From the NCBI GenBank assembly GCA_965116495.1, contig OZ220696.1, positions 3,840,001 through 3,904,000 of the forward strand: a stretch of DNA of 64,000 nt, written 5' to 3'. The stretch comes from Gammaproteobacteria bacterium (GTDB lineage Bacteria > Pseudomonadota > Gammaproteobacteria > Eutrophobiales > Eutrophobiaceae). The notes beneath the pieces are model-generated. The model made no database searches. It saw nothing but the letters and a program-made list of their open reading frames with translations, and was not told the origin of the DNA. The position numbers were made by a program, and so were the translations under genes. This document shows, piece by piece, positions 10,967-20,779 of the stretch (position 1 is its first letter; each line of letters starts with the position of its first letter).

Positions 10967-11599
10967 ATGAAAAAACAGCATTCGATAACCCTGTTGATCG
11001 CTGGCCTGGTGTTTTGCGGCGCCTGCTCAACCGTGCAGCATGCGCCTGTTGAAGACAGGCAGGAGACAGACATCGAAACGGATGGCGCGGTCTGGGACGA
11101 CGAGCCCGCAACACCCGCTGCGGACAAATCCGCCGGGAGCGGATTTGGACGTCCGGAGGACGCCCGCCGGGAGCGCGCCATGGATGGCGCACATCACAAA
11201 TCCGCCGGGAGCGGATTTGGACATCCGGATGATGCCACCGGTGCATGGATAGACTTGCCCCAGCCGGGAGAGCCGCAGACACCGGCAGAAGTCGAAACGG
11301 AAGCGTTGGCGGAACCGGGACGGCTCAGCGAAAATCCCGCCGTGATTGCCCTGCTGGATGATACGGACCTCAGGCTCAGCCAGGGCGATGCAGAGCGGGC
11401 CGCCAGTTCCATTGAACGGGCGTTGCGACTGGAGCCCGGGAACCCCTGGCTGTGGCATCGCCTAGCGGTGCTGCGGTTTCGGCAAGGGGAGTGGCGCCAG
11501 GCGATTGCCCTGGCGGAAAAATCGAATTCCCTGTCGGTCAGGCACCCGGAAATACGCAAGGCCAATGCTGAATTGATAAGACGTGCGGAAAAAAGATGA
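10967..11599 (+). CDS. TPR-containing lipoprotein (LpoP-like PBP1b partner) with in-frame repeat insertion
   Basis: Lipobox CGAC, C-terminal TPR (AASSIERALRLEPGNPWLWHRLA), directly downstream of mrcB. Confidence 0.75.
   Translation: MKKQHSITLLIAGLVFCGACSTVQHAPVEDRQETDIETDGAVWDDEPATPAADKSAGSGFGRPEDARRERAMDGAHHKSAGSGFGHPDDATGAWIDLPQPGEPQTPAEVETEALAEPGRLSENPAVIALLDDTDLRLSQGDAERAASSIERALRLEPGNPWLWHRLAVLRFRQGEWRQAIALAEKSNSLSVRHPEIRKANAELIRRAEKR
11123..11236 (+). repeat. GGA-hairpin cassette (1.5 copies) inside a CDS
   Basis: GACAAATCCGCCGGGAGCGGATTTGGACGTCC...GGCGCACATC matches 53078-53150; translated as KSAGSGFG twice. Confidence 0.85.
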
Positions 11600-11619
11600 C
11601 GGAGCACAGGTATAGTGAC

Positions 11620-11648
11620 TTGAAAAAAATATCCTGATGTTCTAATAT
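11620..11648 (+). promoter_or_regulatory. Sigma70 promoter of the tRNA-rimP-nusA-infB operon
   Basis: TTGAAA-17 nt-TAATAT, 12 nt upstream of the tRNA. Confidence 0.6.
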
Positions 11649-11660
11649 CGGAAATTCGAT

Positions 11661-11737
11661 TGCGGGGTGGAGCAGTCTGGCAGCTCGTCGGGCTCATAAC
11701 CCGAAGGTCGCAGGTTCAAATCCTGCCCCCGCTACCA
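11661..11737 (+). tRNA. metY: tRNA-fMet (CAT), initiator
   Basis: 77-nt cloverleaf, GGGCTCATAACCC anticodon arm with three G-C pairs, unpaired 1-72, encoded CCA; upstream of rimP-nusA. Confidence 0.97.
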
Positions 11738-11828
11738 GTTATCGAGGAGAGCATAATCAGGGATTAAAAAAGGGGGCCGAAACCGGTATCGTGACAGCGG
11801 GTAATGATAGCGGTCGGATGGTTTTTTT

Positions 11829-11858
11829 GAAGTGGGCTTTATGCCCACTTTTTGTTTT
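11829..11858 (+). promoter_or_regulatory. rimP leader hairpin / attenuator-like terminator
   Basis: AAGTGGGC-TTTAT-GCCCACTT followed by a T-rich run, at the position of the gammaproteobacterial rimP leader. Confidence 0.65.
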
Positions 11859-11900
11859 AGACCTCGGCAATCCCGGGCTGGAACCGGCCTTGGTGAGAAT

Positions 11901-12359
11901 GTGTACAAACAAAGCGTGAACCTGGATTCATTATTAGCACCCGTGGTTGTGGACATGGGGTATGTGTGCTGGGGAATTGAACATTTGAGACAAGGCCGCA
12001 CTTCGCTGCTGCGCATCTATATCGATAGTGAATCAGGCATTACCCTGGAAGATTGTGCAAGAGTGAGCAGCCGGGTATCCGGCATACTGGATGTTGAAGA
12101 CCCAATCGCCGGTGAGTACCAGCTGGAAGTATCATCGCCTGGTTTGGACCGGTTGCTGTTTACCCCGGCCCAGTATGAACAATTTATTGGAGAGACCGTA
12201 AAAATAAGTTTATCCAGGACCTATGAGATGCGTAAACGCATTACGGGCCGGATTCAGGGAGTAGCCGGAAACACGGTGATCCTGGATGAGGAGGGCAAGG
12301 AATTCCAGATACCTCTGGATGTAATAGACAGGGCAAGGATAGTCCCTCGGGAGTATTAG
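11901..12359 (+). CDS. rimP: Ribosome maturation factor RimP
   Basis: LRIYID..GITLEDC..VS and Y.LEVSSPGLDR; GTG start inferred. Confidence 0.93.
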   Translation: MYKQSVNLDSLLAPVVVDMGYVCWGIEHLRQGRTSLLRIYIDSESGITLEDCARVSSRVSGILDVEDPIAGEYQLEVSSPGLDRLLFTPAQYEQFIGETVKISLSRTYEMRKRITGRIQGVAGNTVILDEEGKEFQIPLDVIDRARIVPREY

Positions 12360-12363
12360 AATT

Positions 12364-13875
12364 ATGTCAATGAATAAAGAAATTTTGATGGTGGTCGACG
12401 TGGTGTCCAATGAAAAAGGCGTCGCCAAGGGCATCATATTTGAAGCCATTGAAGCAGCATTGGCCAGCGCAACGAAAAAGCGTTCGCGTGAAGATATCGA
12501 AGTGCGCGTCGCCATCGACCATGAGACGGGCGACTATGAAACGTTCCGGCAATGGGAAGTGGTTGAAGATGACACTGAACCGCTTGAGTTTCCCACGCGC
12601 CAGATCTTCCTGTCTGACGCCGCGGCGAAAGAAACGGATATAGAGGCGGGAGATTTTATCGAGGAGCCCATGAAGTCGGTCGAGTTCGGCCGGATCGCTG
12701 CGCAAAGCGCAAAACAGGTGATCATGCAGAAGGTCCGGGAAGCTGAGCGTAAACAGGTTTACGACGCGTATATCGACCGGGTTGGCGAGATGGTCATCGG
12801 TTTCGTGAAGAAGGTGGAAAGAGGCAATATCATCATGGACCTGGGGGGTAATGCGGAAGGATTTGTACCGAGGGACGAGATGATACCCAGGGAAGCGGTC
12901 AGGCCGAGGGATCAGATCCGGGCGTACCTGCGCGAAGTGAAGCCTGAAAACAGGGGGCCGCAACTGTTTCTGAGTCGGACGGCCCCGGAACTGCTGATTG
13001 AACTGTTTAAAATCGAGGTGCCGGAGATTAACGAAGGTCTTATAGAGATAATCAACGGCGCGCGCGACCCGGGTTCCCGGGCTAAAATTGCGGTCAAAGC
13101 CAACGATCCCAGGATCGACCCGATTGGCGCATGCGTCGGGATGAGAGGTTCAAGGGTGCAGGCGGTCTCCAATGCACTGGGCGGAGAACGCGTCGATATC
13201 ATACCCTGGGACGAAAACCCCGCGCAATTTGTCATCAATGCCATGGCGCCGGCTGAAGTGGTATCGATACTGGTCGATGAGGACAGCCACAGCATGGACG
13301 TTGCGGTGTCTGAAGAGAACCTGTCGCAGGCGATCGGCCGCGGCGGCCAGAATGTCAAGCTCGCCAGCGAACTGACGCGTTGGGAACTGAATGTCATGTC
13401 GGTTGAGCAGGCGGAACAGAAGACTGAGGCCGAGTCCCAGACGCTGCAGCAGATGTTTATGGAAGAACTGGACGTGGATGAGGAAATCGCAGTCATCCTC
13501 GTGCAGGAAGGATTTTCCAGTGTTGAGGAAATAGCGTATGTGCCTGAAAATGAGATGGTGGATATAGATGAGTTTGACGAAGGGCTGATAACGGAATTGC
13601 GCGGCCGCGCCCGGGATATCATGCTGACCCGCGCCATCGTCAACGAGGAAAAACTGGTGGATGTCAAACCGGCAGACGACCTGCTGGAAATGGAGGGCAT
13701 GGATGAGGCACTGGCTTATGAACTGGCCGTGCGAGGCGTCGTCACCATGGAAGACCTGGCAGAACAATCGGTGGACGAACTGCTTGAAATTGAAGGCTTG
13801 GATAAAGTCCGGGCAGGTGATTTGATAATGACTGCGCGTATTCCCTGGTTTATAGAGGAAGAAATCAACGGTTAG
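12364..13875 (+). CDS. nusA: Transcription termination/antitermination factor NusA
   Basis: MNKEILMVV, FGRIAAQ.AKQVI, S1/KH domains (ARDPGSRAK, AIGRGGQN) and acidic C-terminal repeats. Confidence 0.97.
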   Translation: MSMNKEILMVVDVVSNEKGVAKGIIFEAIEAALASATKKRSREDIEVRVAIDHETGDYETFRQWEVVEDDTEPLEFPTRQIFLSDAAAKETDIEAGDFIEEPMKSVEFGRIAAQSAKQVIMQKVREAERKQVYDAYIDRVGEMVIGFVKKVERGNIIMDLGGNAEGFVPRDEMIPREAVRPRDQIRAYLREVKPENRGPQLFLSRTAPELLIELFKIEVPEINEGLIEIINGARDPGSRAKIAVKANDPRIDPIGACVGMRGSRVQAVSNALGGERVDIIPWDENPAQFVINAMAPAEVVSILVDEDSHSMDVAVSEENLSQAIGRGGQNVKLASELTRWELNVMSVEQAEQKTEAESQTLQQMFMEELDVDEEIAVILVQEGFSSVEEIAYVPENEMVDIDEFDEGLITELRGRARDIMLTRAIVNEEKLVDVKPADDLLEMEGMDEALAYELAVRGVVTMEDLAEQSVDELLEIEGLDKVRAGDLIMTARIPWFIEEEING

Positions 13876-13879
13876 AGTA

Positions 13880-14010
13880 TAGCTCGTATTTCTTGCCAGG
13901 GCGCATCAAGCGCAGCTAGTAAGAGCGTGATAGTAAAGAATGTATATTAACTTATTGACAAAGAATGAATATCAGGCGGCATCCAGCGGCCTGGTAAGAA
14001 ATGCGAGCTA
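13880..14010. mobile_element. MITE copy 2 (internally deleted)
   Basis: TA-GCTCGTATTTCTTGCCAGG ... CCTGGTAAGAAATGCGAGC-TA; internal GGGCGCATCAAGCGCAG is the reverse complement of the segment in copies 3-4. Confidence 0.8.
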
Positions 14011-14015
14011 AATAT

Positions 14016-16571
14016 ATGCCTGAAGTAACGGTAAAACAGTATGCAGAGGTTATCCAGATACCGGTAGAAAGGTTGCTTGAGCAACTTGAGGAAGCCGGTC
14101 TGGCGGGCAAGTCTGCGGATGACTCGATTTCCGATAATGAAAAGACGGAACTGCTTGGTTACCTGCGGCGCAAACATGGAAAAGAGAACCGGGCAGGACC
14201 GGAGCGGATAACCCTGAGAAGGAAAACCCTCAGTGAGATCAAAATGCCTGCCACCGGCGCGGGCAGCCGCAGCAAGATACGCTCGAAAACCGTAAGTGTG
14301 GAGGTCAGAAAACGCCGGACCTACATCAAGCGCAGCGTAATAGAGGAAGAAGCCCTGAAAAGGGCGCAGGAGATCGAAGAGCAGCAGGCAAAGGCGGAAG
14401 CGGAAGAGCAAGCCCGGCGCGAGGCGGAGCAGGAAGCAACCGCAAAACTGGAAGAGCAGGCGGCGCCGGAAGAAAGTCCGCAGCCGGATGTCCCGGCGGA
14501 AACCGAATCCGGGCAGGCCGGGGAAGCTGCCGGCGTTTCCGGGCCGGAACCTGAGGAAGAAACTCTCACGTACGATTTGCAGGAGGAAGAGACGCCGCAA
14601 TCCCGTGAGGATGTTGCCGAACAGCAGGCTGACGCCGCTCCTGAATTACCTGCAGAACCCTCGCCGCCAGCGGCGGAGAAGGAAAAACCCGCCCGCATTC
14701 ATCGCGAGGAATTACATGTCGCTTCCGGTAAATCCGGCCGTAGAAAGAAAAAGCAAAGAACCAGGCAGGTAGTCAAAAGACCTCCGCAGCACGGGTTTGA
14801 AAAGCCGACTGCGCCTATCGTGCGCGAAGTGGAGATACCGGAAAGTATCACGGTTTCCGAGTTGGCCCAACGGATGTCAGTAAAGAGCACCGAGGTCATC
14901 AAGGCGATGATGAACCTGGGTAGTATGGTTACCATCAACCAGATGATCGACCAGGAAACGGCTGCCATCGTTGCGGAGGAAATGGGTCATAAAGCCAAAA
15001 TGCTCAAGGAAAACGCACTGGAAGAGGAAATCATGCAATCGGGCCGTATCGGGGGGCATGAAACTTCCCGCGCACCGGTGGTGACAATCATGGGCCATGT
15101 CGACCATGGCAAGACATCCTTGCTCGATTTTATCAGGCGCAGCAAGGTTGCCGCGGGGGAAGCAGGGGGCGTGACCCAGCACATCGGCGCCTACAGCGTA
15201 AAGACGGAAAACGCCAATATTACTTTTCTGGATACGCCTGGGCATGAGGCGTTCACTGCAATGCGCGCGCGGGGAGCCAAGGTGACGGATATCGTTATCC
15301 TGGTGGTCGCCGCGGATGACGGTGTAATGCCGCAGACCGAAGAAGCCATACAACACGCCAGGGCGGGATCTGTTCCACTGATTGTCGCGATCAATAAAAT
15401 TGACAAGGCCGACGCCGATCCCGACCGGGTAAAACAGGAGTTATCCAAATTCGAGGTGATTCCCGAAGAGTGGGGCGGCGATACCATGTTTGTCGACCTT
15501 TCCGCCAAAACAGGAGAGGGGGTTGACAGCCTGCTCGACAGCATCTCGTTGCAGGCCGAAGTGTTGGAACTCAAGGCTGTGGCGGGCGGACCTGCTGCGG
15601 GCACGGTCATCGAGGCAAGGCTGGACAAGGGGAGGGGACCCGTCGCCACCGTACTGGTACAGAATGGAGCGTTGCAGAGGGGAGATATGATCCTTACCGG
15701 CCATGAATTCGGCCGGGTGCGCGCCATGCATGACGAAAACGCTGCCGAAGTGTCGGCAGCCGGTCCGTCAACCCCGGTAGAAGTCCTGGGCCTGTCAGGC
15801 ACGCCCAAGGCCGGTGACGATATGATAGTCGTGCCCGACGAACGCAAGGCCAGGGAAATTGCGCTGTTTCGCCAGGGCAAATACAGGGAAGTCAAACTGG
15901 CAAAACAACAGGCATCCAAGGCAAAGGATGCAATCACCCGGATGAATGACGCCGACGGCGTTTCGGTAAACGTTCTTATCAAGACAGACGTCCAGGGTTC
16001 GGCAGAAGCCTTGTCGGAGGCGCTGCAGAAACTGTCCGGGGATGAAGTTGCGGTCAACATCATCAGCACCGGCGTCGGCGGCATAACGGAATCGGATATA
16101 AACCTGGCGTTGGCTTCAAACGGCAAGGTAATCGGGTTTAACGTACGGGTGGACGGCGCGGCCAGAAAACTGGTTGATGAAGAAGGCGTGGATTTGCGTT
16201 ATTACAGTGTCATCTATGATGTTATCGATGACGTGAAGGCGGCGATTAACGGTTTGTTGTCACCGGAAGTGAGGGAGCAGATCGTCGGTATCGCAGAAGT
16301 AAAAGAGGTCTTCCGTTCGCCCGCTTTCGGGGAGATCGCCGGGTGTATCGTGTCCAGCGGCCTGGTGCGCAAGGCCAATCCGATACGGGTACTGCGGGAC
16401 AATGTAGTCGTCTACGAGGGACAACTCGAGTCGTTGCGGCGTTTCAAGGATGATGTGAACGAGGTCAAATCCGGTACTGAGTGCGGCATCGGTGTGAAAA
16501 ATTACAACGATGTAAAAGCGGGCGACCAGATCGAAGTATTTGAACGGATCGAAGTCGAACGCAATATTTGA
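14016..16571 (+). CDS. infB: Translation initiation factor IF-2
   Basis: [16 protein letters not shown] and NKID GTPase motifs; operon context. Confidence 0.97.
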   Translation: MPEVTVKQYAEVIQIPVERLLEQLEEAGLAGKSADDSISDNEKTELLGYLRRKHGKENRAGPERITLRRKTLSEIKMPATGAGSRSKIRSKTVSVEVRKRRTYIKRSVIEEEALKRAQEIEEQQAKAEAEEQARREAEQEATAKLEEQAAPEESPQPDVPAETESGQAGEAAGVSGPEPEEETLTYDLQEEETPQSREDVAEQQADAAPELPAEPSPPAAEKEKPARIHREELHVASGKSGRRKKKQRTRQVVKRPPQHGFEKPTAPIVREVEIPESITVSELAQRMSVKSTEVIKAMMNLGSMVTINQMIDQETAAIVAEEMGHKAKMLKENALEEEIMQSGRIGGHETSRAPVVTIMGHVDHGKTSLLDFIRRSKVAAGEAGGVTQHIGAYSVKTENANITFLDTPGHEAFTAMRARGAKVTDIVILVVAADDGVMPQTEEAIQHARAGSVPLIVAINKIDKADADPDRVKQELSKFEVIPEEWGGDTMFVDLSAKTGEGVDSLLDSISLQAEVLELKAVAGGPAAGTVIEARLDKGRGPVATVLVQNGALQRGDMILTGHEFGRVRAMHDENAAEVSAAGPSTPVEVLGLSGTPKAGDDMIVVPDERKAREIALFRQGKYREVKLAKQQASKAKDAITRMNDADGVSVNVLIKTDVQGSAEALSEALQKLSGDEVAVNIISTGVGGITESDINLALASNGKVIGFNVRVDGAARKLVDEEGVDLRYYSVIYDVIDDVKAAINGLLSPEVREQIVGIAEVKEVFRSPAFGEIAGCIVSSGLVRKANPIRVLRDNVVVYEGQLESLRRFKDDVNEVKSGTECGIGVKNYNDVKAGDQIEVFERIEVERNI

Positions 16572-16578
16572 GGAGGAC

Positions 16579-16776
16579 AATTACGAATTACGAATTAAGA
16601 ATTAGGAATTACGAATTGGGGGTGTTACGCCACTGAGAGCCTTGATCCAGCTTGGACAAGGCCAGCGACGCATTGATAAACAGCCGCCACATGCGGTACA
16701 TTCATTCCTGATTGCTAACTCCTAATTCTTAATTCCTAATTCGTAATTCCTAACTCGTAATTGATAATTCGTAATT
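16579..16776. repeat. Inverted heptamer tandem arrays, copy 2
   Basis: (AATTACG/AATTAAG/AATTAGG)n at 16579-16617 and (AATTCCT/AATTCGT)n at 16704-16776; core shares CAGCCGCC...GCGG.ACATT with copy 1. Confidence 0.8.
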
Positions 16777-16780
16777 GATA

Positions 16781-17137
16781 ATGGCGCGTGAGTACGGTCG
16801 GAACCAGCGCGTTGCAGACTTGCTGCAACGCGAGGTCGCGTTACTGTTGCAAAAGGAGATGTCGATCGGGGAAGCAGGTCTGATTACAATATCGTATGTC
16901 GACGTCAGCCCCGACCTCAGAAATGCCGGCATTTATTTTACCTGTCTGCAGCCCACCTGCACCGAGGAGGCCATCGTGGATTTACTGAATGAAAGAGCCG
17001 GGCACTTCCGCCACCTGCTGGCGCAGGTCCTGCCGTTGCGGGCAGTACCGCAACTGGCTTTCCACTTCGACCACGCCCTCGATCGTGCAAACCGCTTGAC
17101 GGAACTGATTGATTCCGTCAACCAGACAAAAATATGA
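16781..17137 (+). CDS. rbfA: Ribosome-binding factor A
   Basis: R..RVAD.LQRE, VDVSPDL..A and LR.VP.L.F..D motifs. Confidence 0.93.
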   Translation: MAREYGRNQRVADLLQREVALLLQKEMSIGEAGLITISYVDVSPDLRNAGIYFTCLQPTCTEEAIVDLLNERAGHFRHLLAQVLPLRAVPQLAFHFDHALDRANRLTELIDSVNQTKI

Positions 17138-17153
17138 AGGGAACAAAATTTAA

Positions 17154-17242
17154 GGGGTCAGAGTAAAATTATTTGATATGTGGCGTTTAACTATGGATCA
17201 CGACAATTTTACTCTGACCCCTTAAATTTTTACTCTGACCCC
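17154..17242. repeat. REP-like inverted repeat (GGGGTCAGAGTAAAAT family) with duplicated right arm
   Basis: GGGGTCAGAGTAAAATT...AATTTTACTCTGACCCC followed by a second TTTTACTCTGACCCC. Confidence 0.8.
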
Positions 17243-17254
17243 GGATATCATGAG

Positions 17255-18178
17255 ATGAGAAACAGGGGGAGGGCTAAAGGCCGCAACGTCACAGGTATCC
17301 TGCTGCTGGATAAGCCGGTGGGATTGACTTCCAATGCCGCGTTGCAACAAGTGAAGTCCCTGTACCGGGCGAAAAAGGCAGGACATACCGGCAGCCTGGA
17401 TAAGGCCGCGACCGGCCTGTTGCCGTTGTGCTTTGGCGAGGCGACGAAATTTTCCGGTTTTTTGCTGAATTCAGATAAACATTACCGCACCATCTTTCAG
17501 CTTGGCATCCAGACCAGCACCGGCGATGCAGAGGGTGAGGTCGTTTTTCGGGGTGAACTGAAGAATCTGTCGCGTAAGCGCGTTGAAACGGTGTTGACAC
17601 GGTTTCAGGGTGCAATCATGCAAACCCCCCCCATGTATTCGGCGCTGAAACATAAGGGACAGCGGTTGTATAAACTGGCTCACCAGGGGCTGGAGGTGGA
17701 TAGAGAACCCCGGGAAATCACCGTGCACAGCATAATCCTGCTTGATTACCGGGATGACGAACTGGAACTGGAGATATTGTGTTCCAAAGGCACGTATATC
17801 CGCACACTGGCTGAAGATATCGGCAAGGAACTGGGCTGTGGGGCGCACGTGAAATCCCTGAGGCGCATCGGCGTAGGGCCTTATTCCGATAAAAACATGC
17901 TGACCATGTCCGAACTGGAAAGCATTGCCGAAACCGGACTGCCCGCCCTGGATGCCGAACTGCTGGAAATCGATTCCGTCCTGCAGGATATGCCGTCCAT
18001 CCACCTGGTCGACGCCGTTGTCTATTACCTGTGCCAGGGTCAGCCGGTCATGGTGCCCAGGGCGCCGACCCGTGGCATGTTACGAGTCTACACTGAGGCA
18101 GGGCGTTTTCTGGGGGTGGGTGAGGTGCTCGAGGATGGACGCGTGGCGCCGAAACGGCTGGTGGTGTCCGGGAAATAA
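17255..18178 (+). CDS. truB: tRNA pseudouridine(55) synthase
   Basis: LLDKP.G.TS, KAGHTGSLD, PPMYSALK and CSKGTYIRTL. Confidence 0.96.
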   Translation: MRNRGRAKGRNVTGILLLDKPVGLTSNAALQQVKSLYRAKKAGHTGSLDKAATGLLPLCFGEATKFSGFLLNSDKHYRTIFQLGIQTSTGDAEGEVVFRGELKNLSRKRVETVLTRFQGAIMQTPPMYSALKHKGQRLYKLAHQGLEVDREPREITVHSIILLDYRDDELELEILCSKGTYIRTLAEDIGKELGCGAHVKSLRRIGVGPYSDKNMLTMSELESIAETGLPALDAELLEIDSVLQDMPSIHLVDAVVYYLCQGQPVMVPRAPTRGMLRVYTEAGRFLGVGEVLEDGRVAPKRLVVSGK

Positions 18179-18209
18179 TCATTATTAAATGTTTTTCCCA
18201 ACATTTCTC

Positions 18210-18238
18210 TTGTCAGTCGCTGTCAGCGTGGGTACAAT
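18210..18238 (+). promoter_or_regulatory. Sigma70 promoter for rpsO-pnp
   Basis: TTGTCA-17 nt-TACAAT. Confidence 0.6.
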
Positions 18239-18278
18239 ACGCACGCTTTTTAGAAGATTGGACAGGAGAATACTCACA

Positions 18279-18548
18279 ATGCCATTAAATCAGCAGCACA
18301 AAGCTGATATCTTAGACAAGTATCAACGGTCATCCGCTGATACGGGGTCGCCCGAGGTCCAGGTGGCATTATTGACTGCGCGCATTACTGATTTATCGCA
18401 GCACTTTAAATTGCATTCCAAAGATCACCATTCACGCCAGGGTTTGTTGCGCATGGTTAATCAGCGCCGGAAACTGCTGAATTATTTAAAGAATAAAGAC
18501 GTAAACCGGTATCGGGAACTGATTGGTCGATTAGCCCTTAGAAAGTAA
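18279..18548 (+). CDS. rpsO: 30S ribosomal protein S15
   Basis: [13 protein letters not shown] and KDHHSR.GLLRMV.QRRKLL. Confidence 0.97.
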   Translation: MPLNQQHKADILDKYQRSSADTGSPEVQVALLTARITDLSQHFKLHSKDHHSRQGLLRMVNQRRKLLNYLKNKDVNRYRELIGRLALRK

Positions 18549-18664
18549 TTGTCCAGGTAATCTTCGTTACCCGGCAACCCGGGAGTCCAGGGTTGTCGGC
18601 ATACTCCAATCCTTGTAGAGGCAGGTCATCTCAATTGTCAGTTAGATAAAAATCGGGAAAGATA

Positions 18665-20749
18665 ATGAACGTAGTTAAAAGAGAATTTCAGTATGGGAAT
18701 GTTGCGGTAACCCTGGAAACAGGCCGGATTGCCAGGCAGGCGAGCGGTGCAGTGATGGTAAGTATGGGGGATACGGTTGTATTGGTAGCTTGTGTGGCAA
18801 GTAAGGAAGCCAGGCCCGACCAGGGGTTTTTCCCGCTCACGGTGGATTACCAGGAAAAAACCTATGCGGCCGGGAAGATCCCCGGCGGTTTCTTCCGGCG
18901 CGAAGGGCGGCCGACGGAAAAAGAGGTGCTGACTTGCCGGCTGATTGACAGGCCGATACGCCCCCTGTTTCCAAAACAATTTAAAAATGAAGTCCAGATT
19001 ATCGCTACGGTCATGTCGCTGGACCCGGAGGTTGACCCCGATATCCCTGCCCTGATCGGCGCGTCGGCCGCGTTGGGGCTTTCCGGAGCACCGTTTAACG
19101 GACCCATCGGCGCCGCCCGGGTCGGTTACCGTGACGGCGAATACCTGCTTAACCCCAGCTATGGCGCCCTGTCCCAATCGGAACTGAACCTGGTGGTGGC
19201 CGGTACGGAATCCTCTGTCCTGATGGTTGAATCCGAAGCCGGGTTATTGTCGGAAGAAGTCATGCTGGGCGCGGTGATGTTCGGCCACGAGCAGTTGCAG
19301 ACCGTCATTGATAATATCCGGCAACTGGTTGCCGACGCCGGAACCAAACCCTGGGACTGGCAACCATCGGATGACGACAGCGAGTTGGAAGACGAAGTCA
19401 GCGACCTGTGTGCGGACCTGCTGCGCGAAGCCTATGCAATCCAGGACAAAATCAGCCGGCGGGAACGGTTGACTGAAATACGGGCCGAGGCGATCAGCAC
19501 GATCACGGCAAAGCACGAAGACAGATGGAGTGATCGGGACATCGGCGGGGCCGTTGAAGAATTGGAGAGCAGTATCGTCAGGGGGGCGATAGTTGCCGGA
19601 GAACCGCGCATCGACGGCAGGGATACTGCTACGGTAAGAGATATCAGCGTGGAAGCGGGCGTGTTGCCCAGGGCCCATGGTTCTGCCCTGTTTACCCGGG
19701 GTGAGACACAGGCCATCGTGACGGCTACCCTGGGCACGGACCGGGACGCACAGATCATCGATGCGATAGAAGGAGAGCACAAGGACCCGTTTATGCTCCA
19801 TTATAACTTCCCGCCTTATTGTGTCGGTGAAACCGGACGGGCAGGTTCACCCAAACGGCGCGAAATCGGCCACGGCAAGCTGGCCAAGCGCGCCTTGATG
19901 GCTGTCATGCCGGACCCGGATGACTTTCCTTATGCCTTACGGATTGTCTCCGAAATAACCGAATCGAACGGTTCCAGTTCCATGGCGTCAGTATGCGGCG
20001 CGAGCCTGTCATTGATGGACGCCGGTATCGAAATAAAGGCGCCGGTGGCCGGTATTGCCATGGGCCTGATAAAAGAAGGGGAAAAATTTGTAGTGTTGTC
20101 GGACATCATGGGCGATGAAGATCATCTTGGCGATATGGATTTCAAGGTGGCCGGCACCGAAGCCGGCATCAGCGCGCTGCAGATGGACATCAAGGTTGCA
20201 GGTATAACCAGGGAAATTATGGAAGTTGCCTTGTCCCAGGCCAGGGATGGGAGGCTGCATATCCTTGACAGGATGAATGCCGTACTCGGTGCGGCCCGCA
20301 CGGAGATGTCCGAACATGCCCCGCGTATTACCACCATCAAGATTCATCCGGACAAAATCAGGGACGTTATCGGCAAGGGCGGCTCCACAATACGCGCGAT
20401 CACGGATGAAACGGGCGCGGCTATCGATATCGATGATAGCGGCACCATCAAGATATATTCCAGTGACAAGACAGCCAGCGATGCCGCGCGTAAACGGATT
20501 GAAGACATAACGGAAGAGGTGGAAGTAGGAAAAATATACAAAGGAAGAGTGGCCAAGCTGATGGATTTCGGCGCGTTTGTCAATATCCTGCCGGGCAAGG
20601 ATGGTCTGGTACATATCTCGCAGATTTCAGAGGAGCGCGTGCAGAACGTCAGTGACAAGTTATCAGAAGGTGATTTTGTCAAGGTCAAGGTGCTTGAGAT
20701 CGACCGGCAGGGCAGGGTCCGTCTCAGCATGAAAGCAGTCAATGAATAA
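18665..20749 (+). CDS. pnp: Polyribonucleotide nucleotidyltransferase
   Basis: [43 protein letters not shown] and S1 domains. Confidence 0.97.
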   Translation: MNVVKREFQYGNVAVTLETGRIARQASGAVMVSMGDTVVLVACVASKEARPDQGFFPLTVDYQEKTYAAGKIPGGFFRREGRPTEKEVLTCRLIDRPIRPLFPKQFKNEVQIIATVMSLDPEVDPDIPALIGASAALGLSGAPFNGPIGAARVGYRDGEYLLNPSYGALSQSELNLVVAGTESSVLMVESEAGLLSEEVMLGAVMFGHEQLQTVIDNIRQLVADAGTKPWDWQPSDDDSELEDEVSDLCADLLREAYAIQDKISRRERLTEIRAEAISTITAKHEDRWSDRDIGGAVEELESSIVRGAIVAGEPRIDGRDTATVRDISVEAGVLPRAHGSALFTRGETQAIVTATLGTDRDAQIIDAIEGEHKDPFMLHYNFPPYCVGETGRAGSPKRREIGHGKLAKRALMAVMPDPDDFPYALRIVSEITESNGSSSMASVCGASLSLMDAGIEIKAPVAGIAMGLIKEGEKFVVLSDIMGDEDHLGDMDFKVAGTEAGISALQMDIKVAGITREIMEVALSQARDGRLHILDRMNAVLGAARTEMSEHAPRITTIKIHPDKIRDVIGKGGSTIRAITDETGAAIDIDDSGTIKIYSSDKTASDAARKRIEDITEEVEVGKIYKGRVAKLMDFGAFVNILPGKDGLVHISQISEERVQNVSDKLSEGDFVKVKVLEIDRQGRVRLSMKAVNE

Positions 20750-20779
20750 GGAGACGGGCATATTCCCCACGGCTGAATA

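Noticed and set aside
11661-11830. tRNA-fMet as an integration site
   Set aside because: No duplicated tRNA 3' end seen, and rimP-nusA follows directly.
15191-16126. Long antisense ORFs (also 12912-13700, 27290-28153, 43085-43975)
   Set aside because: Shadows of well-supported genes in GC-rich DNA, with no recognisable motifs.
16579-16776. Tandem repeats as a CRISPR array
   Set aside because: Units are 7 bp without unique spacers, and there are no cas genes.
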